DNA from: Azolla caroliniana
Taxonomy: Eukaryota; Plantae; Polypodiophyta
Reading direction: 5' to 3'
Assembly (NCBI GenBank): GCA_043228905.1
Contig: JBHGNT010000014.1
Location: 5,456,001 to 5,520,000, forward strand
Length of the DNA stretch: 64,000 nucleotides
Positions 22,645-35,784 of the stretch are shown one piece after another (positions within the stretch are counted from its first letter, which is position 1; each line of letters starts with the position of its first letter). Both the position numbers and the translations under genes were made by a program. The notes under the pieces were generated by a model that made no database searches, was not told the DNA's origin, and saw nothing but the letters and a program-made list of their open reading frames with translations.

Positions 22645-25593
22645 GTCCTCTGCTCGCTCCATTGTATTCGCGAACTCCTTCCGCATGCGTTCCGTATTTG
22701 TCGCATTTGCTTTTTCCACCCATGCTTGGGCTTGTCGGCGTATCTCACCTTGCGCAACCCAATCAGCCGTTTTTGTTTGCTAGCGTGTTGTGAATTGCTG
22801 CACTTCCGCCATAATCGTATTGATAGCGGGCCCCTTTCCCTTGCGTGTTGGGCATTGCGTGGCATAATGTCCGGGCTGCTGACAAATAAAACAATGGATG
22901 CTTGATTCACCTTTCTCGGCTCCTAGTGGTGTGTGCCGCTCCCCTGGTGCTACTTGCTCCTCGCAGTCCGGCCTCGTTTGTCAAAACGTACACGGTGGTT
23001 GCTATTGGTTCCGTCGTTGTTCCTGGTGTCGCTCATCTCCCGAGCTTTCGTCGTAACACCGCTGATCTCGATATTGTCGTGGCTTACCACGATAACCATT
23101 GAAGCTGCCCCGTTTGTTTGTCGGCCGGTGATTCTCGTAGCACCAACCCCCTTTAGCATAACTCGGATGTCCACGATAATCCTCATCCTCTGGTTCGTCC
23201 TCCTCGGAATCGTTGTGATTTCGGCGATTCCGGTGGTGTCGGTCATCCCGTGGGTTGCGATCCCTATACCGTGGTCGGTCTTCTTGCCTCCTTTGTTCAG
23301 TCCGGTGTGGTGGACGCTGGGTGTCCATGCTGCGGACTGCGGGAGTGGCTCTATTCAACATATTGTATTCGCATTGGTCGACTGTGTGAGCCTTCGAGTG
23401 GCAGATTGGGCAGTGGATTCGCATATTGCACTCCACTGCGGAATGCCCCGAGTTCAAGCAAATCGTGCACTGGATTGCGTGACGAAACTGGCGTTCCTCG
23501 TCCTGGGGTAACGCTTGTCATAAGGAGGAAATAGAAAACCTTTCCTCCTCCTCGTCCAACTCGAGCTATAACGCTCGTTCAATGACCATATCCACCGTTT
23601 CCCCTTTCACGCTATTGTTGTTGAGCGTTGCCCGGATGGGTCGGCGTAATGTTGCTAGAAATGTTTCTCGAGCCTCGTCCTCCGCGGGGCTCCGTTCTAG
23701 TTTCCGCCATAAATTTTGGAAACGTAAGCTGAAGTCTGCTATCGTCTCGATCGGCAGTTGCTTAATTGTGTAGAACTGTCCGAGGATTTCGCGTTGTGGA
23801 ACCCTCCGATGGAAGAACCGCAAGAAAGCGGACTGCAGCTGATCGAAGGTTGTTATTGCTGGTAAATCCATTTGTGAATGCCAAAACGCCGCTCACCCAT
23901 CCAATGTTAACTCGAACTCTGTCATTTTCGATTGGTGCACTACCGCCTCTGAAAGGCTCTGCACCATGTCGTTCACATTCCAGACATTAAGGAACATGCG
24001 AATATGAGTTGCGGCGTCGGTTTCGTCGTTAAAGCGGGGGTAGGCAAATGCCATGCTGGGGGCGACGGCGGGTCGGGAAAGACCACAGGGTGGCTATGGT
24101 GAGCCTAGTCCCCGCGTCTCGTTGAGGTATTGGGAGAGCGAAGAATCACCTTTGTAATCACGACAGGTAGTACTGAGGTTGCTGAGGCGAGGCTTTTGTC
24201 GTGCGCGTTCTTCTGCCTGGCATGTGACGGACCTTGTTATTGGTCGGTCTTGTCGTGTTGGTTCTCTGGGGCGTCGGCGGCTAAACATCCATTCTTCGTT
24301 GCTCGTTTGTGAGAAGACACAGATCACCAAGCGTGCCAAAAGTGTTGCCGATTAGGAACACGGTCCGCGGTCAGTCCTTCGACCTAGACCTCCAAGTGGT
24401 TGTGGAACAACGAATAGGCGTTTATGCATGATGCGTAGGGGAATGTTCCCTGTAACCTATCAACGTCTAAGGGAGACGGCTACAACCAACTCCTTAGCAA
24501 GGGTTACACTTACGTTCTTACACGCTCAGGTATTCCAGACACATAGTGGATTAGCCGTAGCTATACACATAATTTCAGAGAAGATGGAATTCTATTATGA
24601 TGCGTTTCTTTACATTCCAAATTACATGCTCCCTGTATCAGAGGTTTTCTGCCCTTTATATACGTAGGGTCTATCTAGCCGTTCACGCTTCTTGCGTGAA
24701 CCATTATGTTAGGAAACAGGTCCCTTCGGATGGGAAGTGAGAAGAAACCGGATGTGGTGTACTCGGCTACGGAAGATCCAGTGAGAACCGGATGTGGTGT
24801 ACCCGGCTACGGAAGACCCGGTGAGAACCGGATGTGGTGTACCCGGCAAGCGCCGAATGAGGAGTACCCGGCTACGGAAGACCCGATGAGAACCGGATGA
24901 AGAGTACCCAGCTACGGAGAGCCGGATGGTGTAGACCCGGCGAGAACCGGATGAAGAGTACCCGGCTACCGAGAGCGGATGGTGAAGACCCGGTGAGAAC
25001 CGGATGAAGAGTACCCGGCTACGGAGCGCCGGATGATGTAGGCCCAGTGAGGAGTGCTCACCGGATGAAGAGACATATTCGTAAATATGTTTCTGAGAGT
25101 CCATCGTGGCTATATTTGTAAATAGCCGAAAAGTCATTTTAGTATAAATATGACTTAGGGCAAACTTTAGTCAAGAGATGTAGTCATACTTGTTGGCGCA
25201 AGATTAGAGCATGCAACTGTGTACAGAGAGAGTGAGAGAGAGGAAGAGGTCGTTGCCTCTGATTGTAACCGCCGCCTGTGGCGAAGATAGCAAGCTCAAG
25301 GTCGTGGCCTCGGTGCTTTCTTATTGTACATTCTGACATAGTGATAGTTTGCGGTTTGTGGGCTGCCGTGGTTTTTCCCGAGTTTGGGTTATCCACGTAA
25401 ACATCCTGTGTACTCTTCTCTCTATTGTGTTGTGTTTCATTCCCTGTTTTTCTGTGTTTCATTCTAGGCTCGGTTGTGGCCGAGTGTTGTTCATCGGGAG
25501 CATGTAGTTCCTATCACATTACATGCGTTATGATCTTATATTATTTCTTATTCCTACGCTCTTGTCCGTCGGTTACTATTCCGGCAGACAACA
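22645..25593 (-). mobile_element. 5' fragment of a tRNA-Arg gypsy element (5' LTR 24343-25593, PBS, gag with zinc knuckles)
   Basis: LTR TGTTG...CAACA; PBS TGGCACGCTTGGTG at 24325-24338; gag ORFs 23566-23871 and 23002-23457 homologous to 62614-63887. Confidence 0.85.
24707..25516 (+). repeat. Solo LTR, copia A family, TSD CATTA, expanded U3 tandem repeats
   Basis: CATTA-TGTTAGG...CTATCA-CATTA. Confidence 0.92.
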
Positions 25594-25639
25594 CCTTGTA
25601 GATCCTTATGCTCCTTAGTTTGTTTAGACGTCATTGTGG

Positions 25640-28600
25640 TGTCAATAAGAAAAAAAAGATAAAATAAATGGGTTCGAGACTTAGCCGAGTTTGTGTGTAT
25701 GTCATAGTCACATCGGCCTTTTGTAGCATGCGACGAGCATGCCAAATGAACCCACCAATGGAGGTAGACCAAAGGTTTTAAGATGGGTCACCAAGAAAAG
25801 AAACACGGCACCAGGCAACGTCAAGAAAAAGAAAAAGAAGAGTATGGCAACACGATAGTATGGCCGATGACAGTGACGAACAACCAGAGACGATAGCGCG
25901 ACAGCAGATCGTGCAGCACGCAGATGGCAGTGGACGGTAGTACGGCAACATACGACAACACGATTGTTGAAAGAGTTGCAAGAGAGGGAGAGAGAGAGGT
26001 TCTTTTGTTGTAACCACATGTTGGCGAAGACATAGAGCTCGAGGTCATTGCCTCTGAGTCTCATTCTATCGTACCCCTTCTCTCATAGTGATAGTTGGAG
26101 CTTGTGGGCTCCCGTGGTTTTTGCCGATTAGGGTTTTCCATGTTTACATTTGGTGTTGTCTCTTCTATCTTATCAACTACATTGCTATTTTTTGTTTATT
26201 TCTTCCATCGTGTGTATGAGACTCGGTTGTGGTTGAGCACTATTACTATCAATCTAGTATCAAAGCATGGAAGATCCATTCGGCGGCATGTTCAAGCTCA
26301 CTAGCTCCAACTACCCCATTTGGAAGTCGAAGATGAGGGACATATTAGTGGTCAAAGATCTCTGGCTGCCGGTACAGTTTGGAGACAAAAGACCAAACAA
26401 GATAGATGCCGCGACTTGGGAGGTGATGCATATGAAGATGACGGCATTGGGAGACGCTAGTTGTCACCTTGGGCAATGCCGGGCTGAAAGGAAAACATCT
26501 ATCCCTAGCAAGGGTAAAATTAAGCCAGTTGGATGAAGAAGCTTGCCAAAAGGACTGGGAGTCCAAAACTAATCCGAAGGCCTTGGTTATGGAAGATGAC
26601 AATAACCGGGGAAGGGGCCGGAATCGGAGTCCCCAAAACCGGGACAAATCAGGGACGAGGTCGAAGTCAAGGGGGAGTCCACTTGCTTCTATTGTGGGAA
26701 GCCGGGGCACTTCCAGAAGAATTGCGGACACTTCTAGAAAGCCAAAGGGGGAGCCGACGGTCCCGAACCGAAGGAGATTTCATAGAGAAGAGGAACATCG
26801 GACATCACGACAAGTGAGGAAAAACAACTGCTCATCACCGAGGAAAATGAGTTGCACCTTGTTAACGATGAGACGACATGGGTGGTTGACTCCAGAGCGT
26901 CATTCCATCTGACCCCTGACTGGAATTGGTTCACATCCTATAGAGCCAGAGATCACAATTTTGTGAAGATGTGAAATGATGGTGCATGCCGGATTGTCGG
27001 CATAGGAGACGTGTGTTTGGCGACTTGAATTGGGTGCAAGTTGCTACTGAAAGATGTCCAACACATTCCAGAGTTCAGTTGAACTTGATATTAGCCGGAC
27101 GACTGGATGATGATGGCTACACGAGTAGCATCTGGAATAGAGTCATGAAGTTCAGTAAACGAATCTTAGTCGTGGCTCGAGCCCGGAAGATCAACACATT
27201 GTACCTAATGCATGCCTGTATATGCCGGGAAGAAGTGAACGTGCCATCCGACACTGCCGGTGAGTTGTGGCACAAAAGGTTGTGCCACATGAGCCAGAAG
27301 GGAATGTGGAGACTTGCCGAAGATAACCTCATTCTGGAGGTGAAAGATATGAAGCTTGAGACGTGCACCATCTATTTGGCCGGCAAGAAAAACCGAACCT
27401 CTTTCCGGGCAAGACAACTAATGAGATGGAATGCACCGATGTATACCAAGTGGACACGAAGTCACATGCTGGGTCATAGTACTTCATGGCGTTCATAGAT
27501 GACCACAACCAGAAGTTGTGGGTCTCGCCGTTGAAGATGAAGGACCAAGTATAATCCACCTTCAAGGAATTCCATGCAAGAGTGGAAAGGGAAACCAGCC
27601 GAAAGTTGAAGGTGGTTTGAGCAGAAAACAGAGGCGAATACTAGGGTCAATTCGAGGAGTATTGCCGGTCGAAGGGAATCTGACTCGAATTCACGAGGCC
27701 AAAGACACCGGAGCTGAACGGATTGGCCGAAAGAATGAACAGAATTGTGATGGAGTGAGTCTGGAGCATGCTGGCACATGCTAAGTTGTCCAAGATGTTT
27801 TGGGTTGAGGCGTTGATGACAAAGACCTATGTGATAAACAGATCACCCTCAACGCCCTTGGACGGAGACATACCACAGAGAGTATGGACCGGTAAAGATG
27901 TGTCTTACCAGCACTTCAAGGTGTTTGGTTGTCTTGCGTACGTACATGTAGCAAAGGACAAGAGAAAGAAATTGGATCCGAAGTGCCAAACATGCATATT
28001 CCTTGGATACGGCGATGATGATTTCGGCTACCGAGTGTGGGACTTGGTCAACAAAAAGGTTTTCCGGAGTCGAGACATAGTCTTCATGGAAGATAAGACC
28101 ATTGTTGACTGGGAGTTGGAAAAGAAGATAGTGGACAGGTCAACTGACAGAAATCGGTATGAAGATGCTAGGACACATCCGGTCGGAAGCTGGATGTGAG
28201 CTGAAGACCATGATGAAGCGGCCGGATTTGGACAAAGAACCGAATAGACCGAAGAAGAAGAATTAGACACCGGAACCGGACAAGACCCTGAATCGGATTC
28301 AGATGAAGAACAGACGGAGGATCCGGTGGTCGGAAACGAAGGAAAAAGATACCCTCTGAGAGAGTGAAGGCCCCCCCGGAGATTTCCGAATGTAGAGCAT
28401 GTCTTATTGACCGACGAGGGGGAGCCGGAAAACTTCGAAGAAGCAAAGAAAGACACCCACTACCGCAAGTGGTTAACTACCATGCAGGATGACATGGATT
28501 CCCTGCATGAGAACCACACATATAAATTGACGGAGTTGCCGAAAGGATAGAGAGCGCTCCAGAACAAGTGGGTGTACAAGTTTAAACCGAGAGATGTTGG

Positions 28601-29255
28601 ACATTCACTGAGATACAAAGCTCGCATTGTGGCGAAGGGCTTCTAGTAAAAGAAAGGAGTGGATTTCGATGAGATCTTCACCCTGGTAGTGAAGATGACA
28701 TCCAATCAGACGGTGTTAAGCATAATCACAAACATGGACCTCAAGGTAGAGCAACTAGATGTCAAGATAATGTTTCTACATGGCGACCTCGAAGAAGAGA
28801 TCTACATGCAACAACCGGAAGGATTCATCAAGAAAGGGAAAGAGAACCTGGTGTGTTGGTTGAAGAAGAGCTTATACAAACTTCAGCAAGCTCCCCGACA
28901 ATGGCACCGGAAGTTCGACTCCTTCATGACCAACTAGGAATACCACAAGACGCAGGCCGACCACTACGTGTTTGTGAAGAAGTTTGATGAAGGAGATTTT
29001 CTAATACTCCTGTTGTATGTGGACGACATGCTGATCATTGGACCAGACCGAATCAAAATCAGGAATCTGAAGAAGGCCTTGAACCAAACCTTCTGAATGA
29101 AAGATTTGGGTCCAGCGAGATAGATATTGGGGATGCACATAGTTTGGGGCCGGACGAAGAAGCTATTGTGGCCGTCACATGAGAAGTATGTGACAAAGGT
29201 GCTCCAATGATTCAACATGACGAATGCAAAGCCGGTCGGGTAGACACTTCCGGCT
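25640..29255 (+). mobile_element. Degenerate copia D (LTR to 26251, PBS, deleted gag, PR, INT, RT; truncated). Start approximate
   Basis: TAGTATCAAAGC PBS at 26255-26266; ATG 26267 (MEDPFGGMFKLT); many stop codons. Confidence 0.85.
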
Positions 29256-32200
29256 ATTGGATGTGCATAGTTTGGAAATGGTAGGCCGCATTCTTCGCGA
29301 GGTGGATGGCACTTTTATTGTCGCAATAGGGATGGAATTCCTAGCTCTCCGATGAAGTTCTTCATGTAGATTACCTCTTTGTTGGCTTCTACAACCGCCA
29401 TGTATTCCGCTTCCGTTGTTGACAGTGCAACGGAATTTTGCATCCTCGATTGCATATGTCATGACATATTCAGATGTAGACCGGCTGGTGTCCACATCAG
29501 ACGACGTGTCTAAATCTGTAAAGCCTTCCAGTTGGGGTTTACCTGGGCCGAATTAGAGGCATATGCTCGAGGTGCCTTTCAGGTACCGGAGTATCCACTT
29601 GACAGTGGACCAGTGTTCTCTTCCTGGATTGCTCATGAACTAACTGACCACTCTGACCGCATATCCGATATCTGGCCGGGTACACACTATTACGTACATC
29701 AAGCTTCCGACGGCAGAGGCATATGGTACCTTCATCATCTCCGACATCTCTGTCTTTGTCTTCGGACTTTGTTTCCCGGATAGCTTGGTGTACTCGAGCC
29801 GGATTCCCTTCGACCGACAGTACTCCTCGAACTGCCCTCGGTATTCGCCTCTGTTGTTTGCTTGGACTACTTTAAGCTTTCGGCCGGTTTCTCTTTCTAA
29901 TCTTGAATGGAACTCCTTGAAGGCAAACAATAGTTGGTCCTTCGTCTTCAACGTGGAGACCCACAATTTTCGGCTGTGGTCATCTATAAAAGTCATGAAG
30001 TATTGTGATCCGGCATGTGACTTCGTGTCCATGGAGCATACATCTGTATGCACGAGTTAAAGAGGTGCCATCCATCTCATCAGTTCGACCAGAAAGAGGT
30101 TCGGTTCTGCTTATCGGGCAAACAATTGGTGCACCTCTCAAGTTGCACATTTTTCACCTCCGGAATGAGGTTGTCTTTGGCAAGTCTCCGCATCCCCTTC
30201 TGGCTCATGTGACACAATGTCTTGTGCCACAACATCTTGTGCCACAACTCATTGGCAGTATCGGATGCTATGTTGTCAAAGTTAATATGCGAAAGCTTTG
30301 AGAAACCGGTTTATCCCGATAGCAACAGAAAAATAGAGAATAAAGGTTTAATTGAAGCTGAAGAGCAGAGAATACATAGGAGAGACAGAGAGAGCAGCAA
30401 CCATAAACTCCATTCAAAATAATAATGCTTTGTACATACAAATGTCCTACAGAACACTTTTTATACAAGTTCTTAAAACGACTAACAAAAGTACTGACAA
30501 GTACTTCAATACTCATACAAGCAACTGAAACTTACTCCAAGGAATCTGCCTATGTACTAGGCTAGATTTGTAGGTCTCTAATAGCCTACCGGTTACAATC
30601 CAATCCGGTTCCTGGTTTCGGATACCATCCGGACACCGATTCGGTTCTACGTTCTAGATACCGACCCGACTTTGGCTTGTTCAGCCGATCCGGATCCGGT
30701 TGAGCTTGTCCGCTCAACATATGTTCACTTCCTCCCAGCATATCTGAGCGTGCATCAGATATAGTGTGTTGATCTTCTGGGCCCTGGCCATGATCAGGCT
30801 TCCTCTGCAAAACTTCATGGTGCCATTCCAAATGCTACCCATGTAGTCTTCATCATCTAGCCAATCGGCTGAAATCAAGTTCAGTCAAACCTCCAGAACG
30901 TGTCAGACATCTTTCAACAACAGCTTGCACCTGGTTGAAGTTGTCAGCCACACATCTCCTATGCGAAAATTTGGCATGCGCCTTCATTCCCCATCCTTAC
31001 ACAACCGTGAACTCTAGTTCTGTAAGATGAGAAGCACTCTTGGTCAGGTGTCAGATGAAATGATGCTCCGGAGTCGACCACCCATCATTGACAAGGTGCA
31101 TCTCACTCTCCTCGGTGATTTGCTGAAAATTCGGCATGCGCCTTCATTCCCCATCCTCACACAACCATGATCTCCGGTTCTGTAAGATAAGAAGCACTCT
31201 TGGTCAGGTGTCAGATGGAATGACGCTCCGGAGTCGACAACCCATCACTGACAAGGTGCATCTCACTCTCCTTGGTGATTAGCAACAGTTCCTTTTCGCT
31301 TGTTGTGATTGCCGATGTTCCTTTCCTCTGTGAAATTTTCTTCGGTTCGGAGTCTTTGGCTCCCCCTTTTTCTTTCTGGAAGTGTCGACAATTCTTTTGG
31401 AAATGCCCTGATTTCCCACAATAGAAATAGGTGGGCTTCCCCCTTGACTTTGACCTCGTTCCTGACTTGTCTCAATTTAGAGGGCTTCTATTCCGGCCTC
31501 TTCCCCGATTTGAATCGTTTTTCGTAACGAAGGCTTTCAGGTTGGTCCCGGACTCTCAGTCCTTCCGGCGAGCTTCTTCATTTAGCAAGCTCGATTTTAC
31601 ACTTGCCAGGGATAAGTTCTTCCCTTCCGGTCTGGCGTTGCCCAATGTGACAACCAGCGTCTCCCAACTATCTGGAAGGGATCCGAGCAGTAACAATGCT
31701 AGTACCTTGTCGACTAACAGTACTTCCAGCGAGGTAGTCTGGTTTATTAGCCTCTGGATGACGTTCATATGCTCCGCCATACTGGAGCCATCATGATATC
31801 TGAGTCTCACTATTTTTCAAAATACAAAGACTCGATTCACAACATTCTTGTTCTCCAACATAGTGTTGATCTTCTCCCAGAGTTCATGAGCCTTGTTCTC
31901 TTCATTCAAGCTGTTGTACAAGCTCATGTCGATGAAGCAATGAATGTATGCCGTTGTCTTCAGATGCATTACGCCCCATGTTGCGACATTGATCTTGTCA
32001 GTTCTTTTATCTCCAAACTATACCAACAACCATAGATCTTTGACCATTAGCATGTCCCTCATCTTTGACTTCCACACTGGGTAGTTCGAGCCGGTGAGCT
32101 TGAACATGCCATCGAATGACTCTACTATTTTCTTCTTTTGTTTGAAGTTTAGAACTTCGCTCTGATACCAATTTGTAGATAATCGCACCCGGCCACAACC

Positions 32201-32358
32201 GAGTTTCAAATACTAATGGAAATTTGACAAAAAATAGGAACAATGCATTTACACAGACAACGAGATGACACCGGATGTTTATGTGGAAAACCTCGAGAGA
32301 CAAAACCAGGGAGTTCATAGACTCCCAACAGGATCACTATAGGGGAGAGGTACAACAA
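29256..32358 (-). mobile_element. Degenerate copia E (partial 5' LTR 32174-32358, PBS, gag, duplicated PR, INT fused by deletion to RT/RH)
   Basis: PBS at 32159-32170; ORF 29640-30053 joins INT (GIRLEYT) directly to the RT C-terminus (KLSGKQSPK). Confidence 0.85.
30274..30719 (-). repeat. Solo LTR, TSD TATGT
   Basis: TATGT-TGTCAAAG...GCTCAACA-TATGT; homologous to 35692-35784. Confidence 0.88.
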
Positions 32359-35300
32359 TGTCTGACTCAGGCTTCAACGTCCGCTTCGTTGTTCTACTTT
32401 GAATAAGAGTACGGATTGTGTCCCCTAAGTCGTCTATGAAATCAACTGGTTGTAGGTGCAAGTCGGACGACTCTTCGTTCGAGATACTGTTAGTTAATTC
32501 CTCTTCAACCTCCCGCCGAAAGTAGTCGAAAATCTCAGAATCCCTTAAATTGCTTTGTTGCACACGTCAGGTCTCTGATCTCGTGTGTGATCGACGATTC
32601 TCCACCGACTGATCCTCACTCTGTCGATCAGACAACATCCATTCTCCTTGTTTCTTCTATCTTAGACAGATGTCACCGGGCATGCCAAATTATCATTATG
32701 GAAAGGATGATTATCATAATGATTATTGCAAGATGGAGTGACAAGAACATTATGGATGGGATAGTCGGAATCGTTATGAGCGTGATTATTCACCTCGTTA
32801 CGACAAAAATGACCGTCAACAATATGACAAAAACCAACACGACGATAGGCATTATTATATCAATAGTTGACCTAATAATCGTTGTTTTTTGAAGACTTAG
32901 GAAAGATGGGATGGTTACAAACGTCCTAAAAATACTCAAAATTTCAGCATAATAATCGACATAGGGAAGAATTAGAGAGACATGACTTTTGACTGCCCCA
33001 ACAACAATTAGAGAAAGGTGAGTCAAGCGCTTCGAGCGAACCCATCTATTACATATGTTGAAAGGATGGTCATTATGCTAAGCAATGTCCAATGAAAGAC
33101 AAAGACAAATCTTCAACTGTAAACATGGTTACATCAGATGTTGAACACTCGCAACAAAGCAAAACAATTGGAATGGGACACGCAAGAAGCGATTTCGAAG
33201 GCCATCCAGGAATGGGTGGAAGAATCTAATAAAAGAAATGTTGATTAAATGCTTAAGGAGTACAAAGAAATACTCGACAAACCAATTACTTCCGCAATGA
33301 GTGCCAAATTACTAGAGTTGACACCAGTCTATGATTCCACATGGCAAATCCTAATAGATTGTCAAATTACATTACCTCTGCCGGGATTACTGGAATTAGT
33401 GCCTAGATTTACGGAAATAGTCGCAACCATCATCACAAAAGAAGTTGGAACATGTTGCCGTCAATTTTACGAAAGAAGGGACCGACAATCATGGATGAGC
33501 AGAGTCCCTAAGTAAAAGTAATCATACGAGACCAAGAGGGCTCGAACAACATCAACGATGATGGGTCAAGGGTCAACATCATAAGCAAAATGATATGTGA
33601 TTGTCCAAGAATCACTGAATGGGAAGTATTCCCATGTTGTCTATGAATGGTCGACACAAGCTCGGTTCGACCATTAGGGTTGATTCCACAGTTGGAAATA
33701 TTAGTTGGTGGTCATTCCTTTCAAATTTTGGCAGTCATTCTATTTCTAGATGCACTTGGAGTATATCCACTCTTATTTGGCTGACCATGGCTTCGAACTA
33801 TCAACATCAAGAAAAATTGGTAGAAAAATATCATCACCTTTCACAAGGGCAAGACAAAGATACGAGTTCCGACCCAAGAAAAGGTATTAAAAAAGAGGGA
33901 ATTGGTGCCTCTGTATGTAGAATCAATCAATATGATGGAAGGCTTAGAAGACAATGAAATTGATCAATATTTAGAGGAAAACCCCAAGATTATACCCTTG
34001 TTTGAAATCGATGTCGTCGAAATCATTAGCCCTTATCTCAACTATGAGGAGCTTGGCTCAGACGCTCAAATGCATCAATTGGATGCTAAGTCCTTAGTGG
34101 AGTTATGACATTAGCAAGAAGCAATGGAAAAAGAAATGTAAGTATCTCAATGGGTGAAGCCTTCAACATTGGAAGAACTGAATCTTGTAGAAAACGACAC
34201 TGAGCGGAAGACTGTTCTCATAGCTAAAGACATGTAGCCGAACAACAAAATAGAACTTGTAAAGTTATTACTCCAATATAAGGATGTTTTTGCATGGTCG
34301 TTCAAGAACATGAAAGGGCTCGATCCAACATTCTATTAGCATCAAATTCACCAGCACAAGGACGCCAAACCTATAGAACAATGAAGATATCGAATGAATC
34401 CTAATTAAGCCACCCAATTCAAAGAAGAAATCGAAAAGCTATTACAGGTCAGATTTATTCGACTAGTGAAAAAGGTCACCTGGCTTAATCCTATCGTCGT
34501 AGTACACAAAAAGAATGGTAAAATTAGAGTCTATGTTGACTACAGAAAGCTTACTGTGATGACAGTAACCAACACATTTCCTTTTCCATTTATGGATGTA
34601 GTGCTCGACATCGTCGCTGGCCATGCAGTTTATAACTTTCTCGAATCATGAATTTAACGGCTATAATCAGATTGGAATGCACTCAAATGACCAAGAGAAA
34701 ACAATATTCGTCACTGAATGGGGTGTATTTGTAGCAGTCATAATGATGTTCGGTCTCAAGACGGCATCAACTAGGATCCAAAGGATTATTGTAAAAATAT
34801 TTTCTTATTATATTTTGGCCTTTACGTAGGTATTCCTTCATGATTTCGATGTCTACAACCAAAACGTTGATCATCTGTAACATTTAATACTATTCTTAGA
34901 TAAGTATTGAACAACTCAGCTAAGCTTGAAGCTCTCGGCATGATCTACAGTTTCAACAAGTTTCGACACTACCTTCTCGATCGAAAATTTACATTTCATG
35001 TTGTTCATTCCACATTACTGTACCTAGTGTTGAAGCAATCCTTCACCAGGAAATTAGCAAGATGGAAGCTTCTTTTATAAGAGTTCGAGTTTGACAACGT
35101 ACATCATCTTGGGGTGCAACATGCAGTAGCTGACCATCTCAGATGAGGTAGCATGCATGAATCCAAAAACTTATTATATGCCAAAGAACAAGGCATGATT
35201 CATTATAACAACCTATTAGGGAGAAACAATATGTTGGGTTTTTATTACAGGAGTTGCGCTTAGAGTGCATCTTATGGCTATGAAGGGGGAGAAGGCCATG

Positions 35301-35691
35301 ATTCTGATCATTGCACAATAACCCTATTATGCCCATGCCATTAGCAGTCAAGGACGAAAGCTCCCATAGAAGGAAAAGGGGCAGTCATCACAGTCATTGC
35401 CAAAGTAGTTGGAAAGACGACAAATTTTGATAGGGCCACATGTGGAGTGGCAAGAAGATCAAACAACAGAGCGCCAGATGATCGCGAGGGTTGAGATAGT
35501 AGGATCAAAGGTAAAAATTCAACAACCCATAGTCAAAAAACAACCTCTTAAGAGACAACAAGAAGAAAGTCGACCACAAGGCGACACAACTACAATACAA
35601 CCACCTCCTCCCAAAGAGAAGAGTCAGTGGACTTCACAACAAGCCGATAGAGAGCAGCAAGAGCAAACCCAAGGTCAATAGACAACACATA
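32359..35691 (+). mobile_element. Heavily degenerate gypsy of the tRNA-Arg family (gag C-terminus, PR, RT, part of RH); 32359-32585 may be an inverted gag piece
   Basis: Fragments PLYVESINMMEGL, WLNPIVVVHKKNGKIRVYVDYRKL, GYNQI..FVTEWGVF match 59273-62138. Confidence 0.8.
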
Positions 35692-35784
35692 TGTTGAGCG
35701 GACAAGCTCAACTAGATCTAGATCAGCCGAATAAGCCAGAGCTAGACCGGAGTCCGGAACGAGAACTGGATCAATGTTCGGATG
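35692..35784 (+). repeat. LTR 5' fragment (family of 30274-30719)
   Basis: TGTTGAGCGGACAAGCTCAAC start. Confidence 0.75.
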
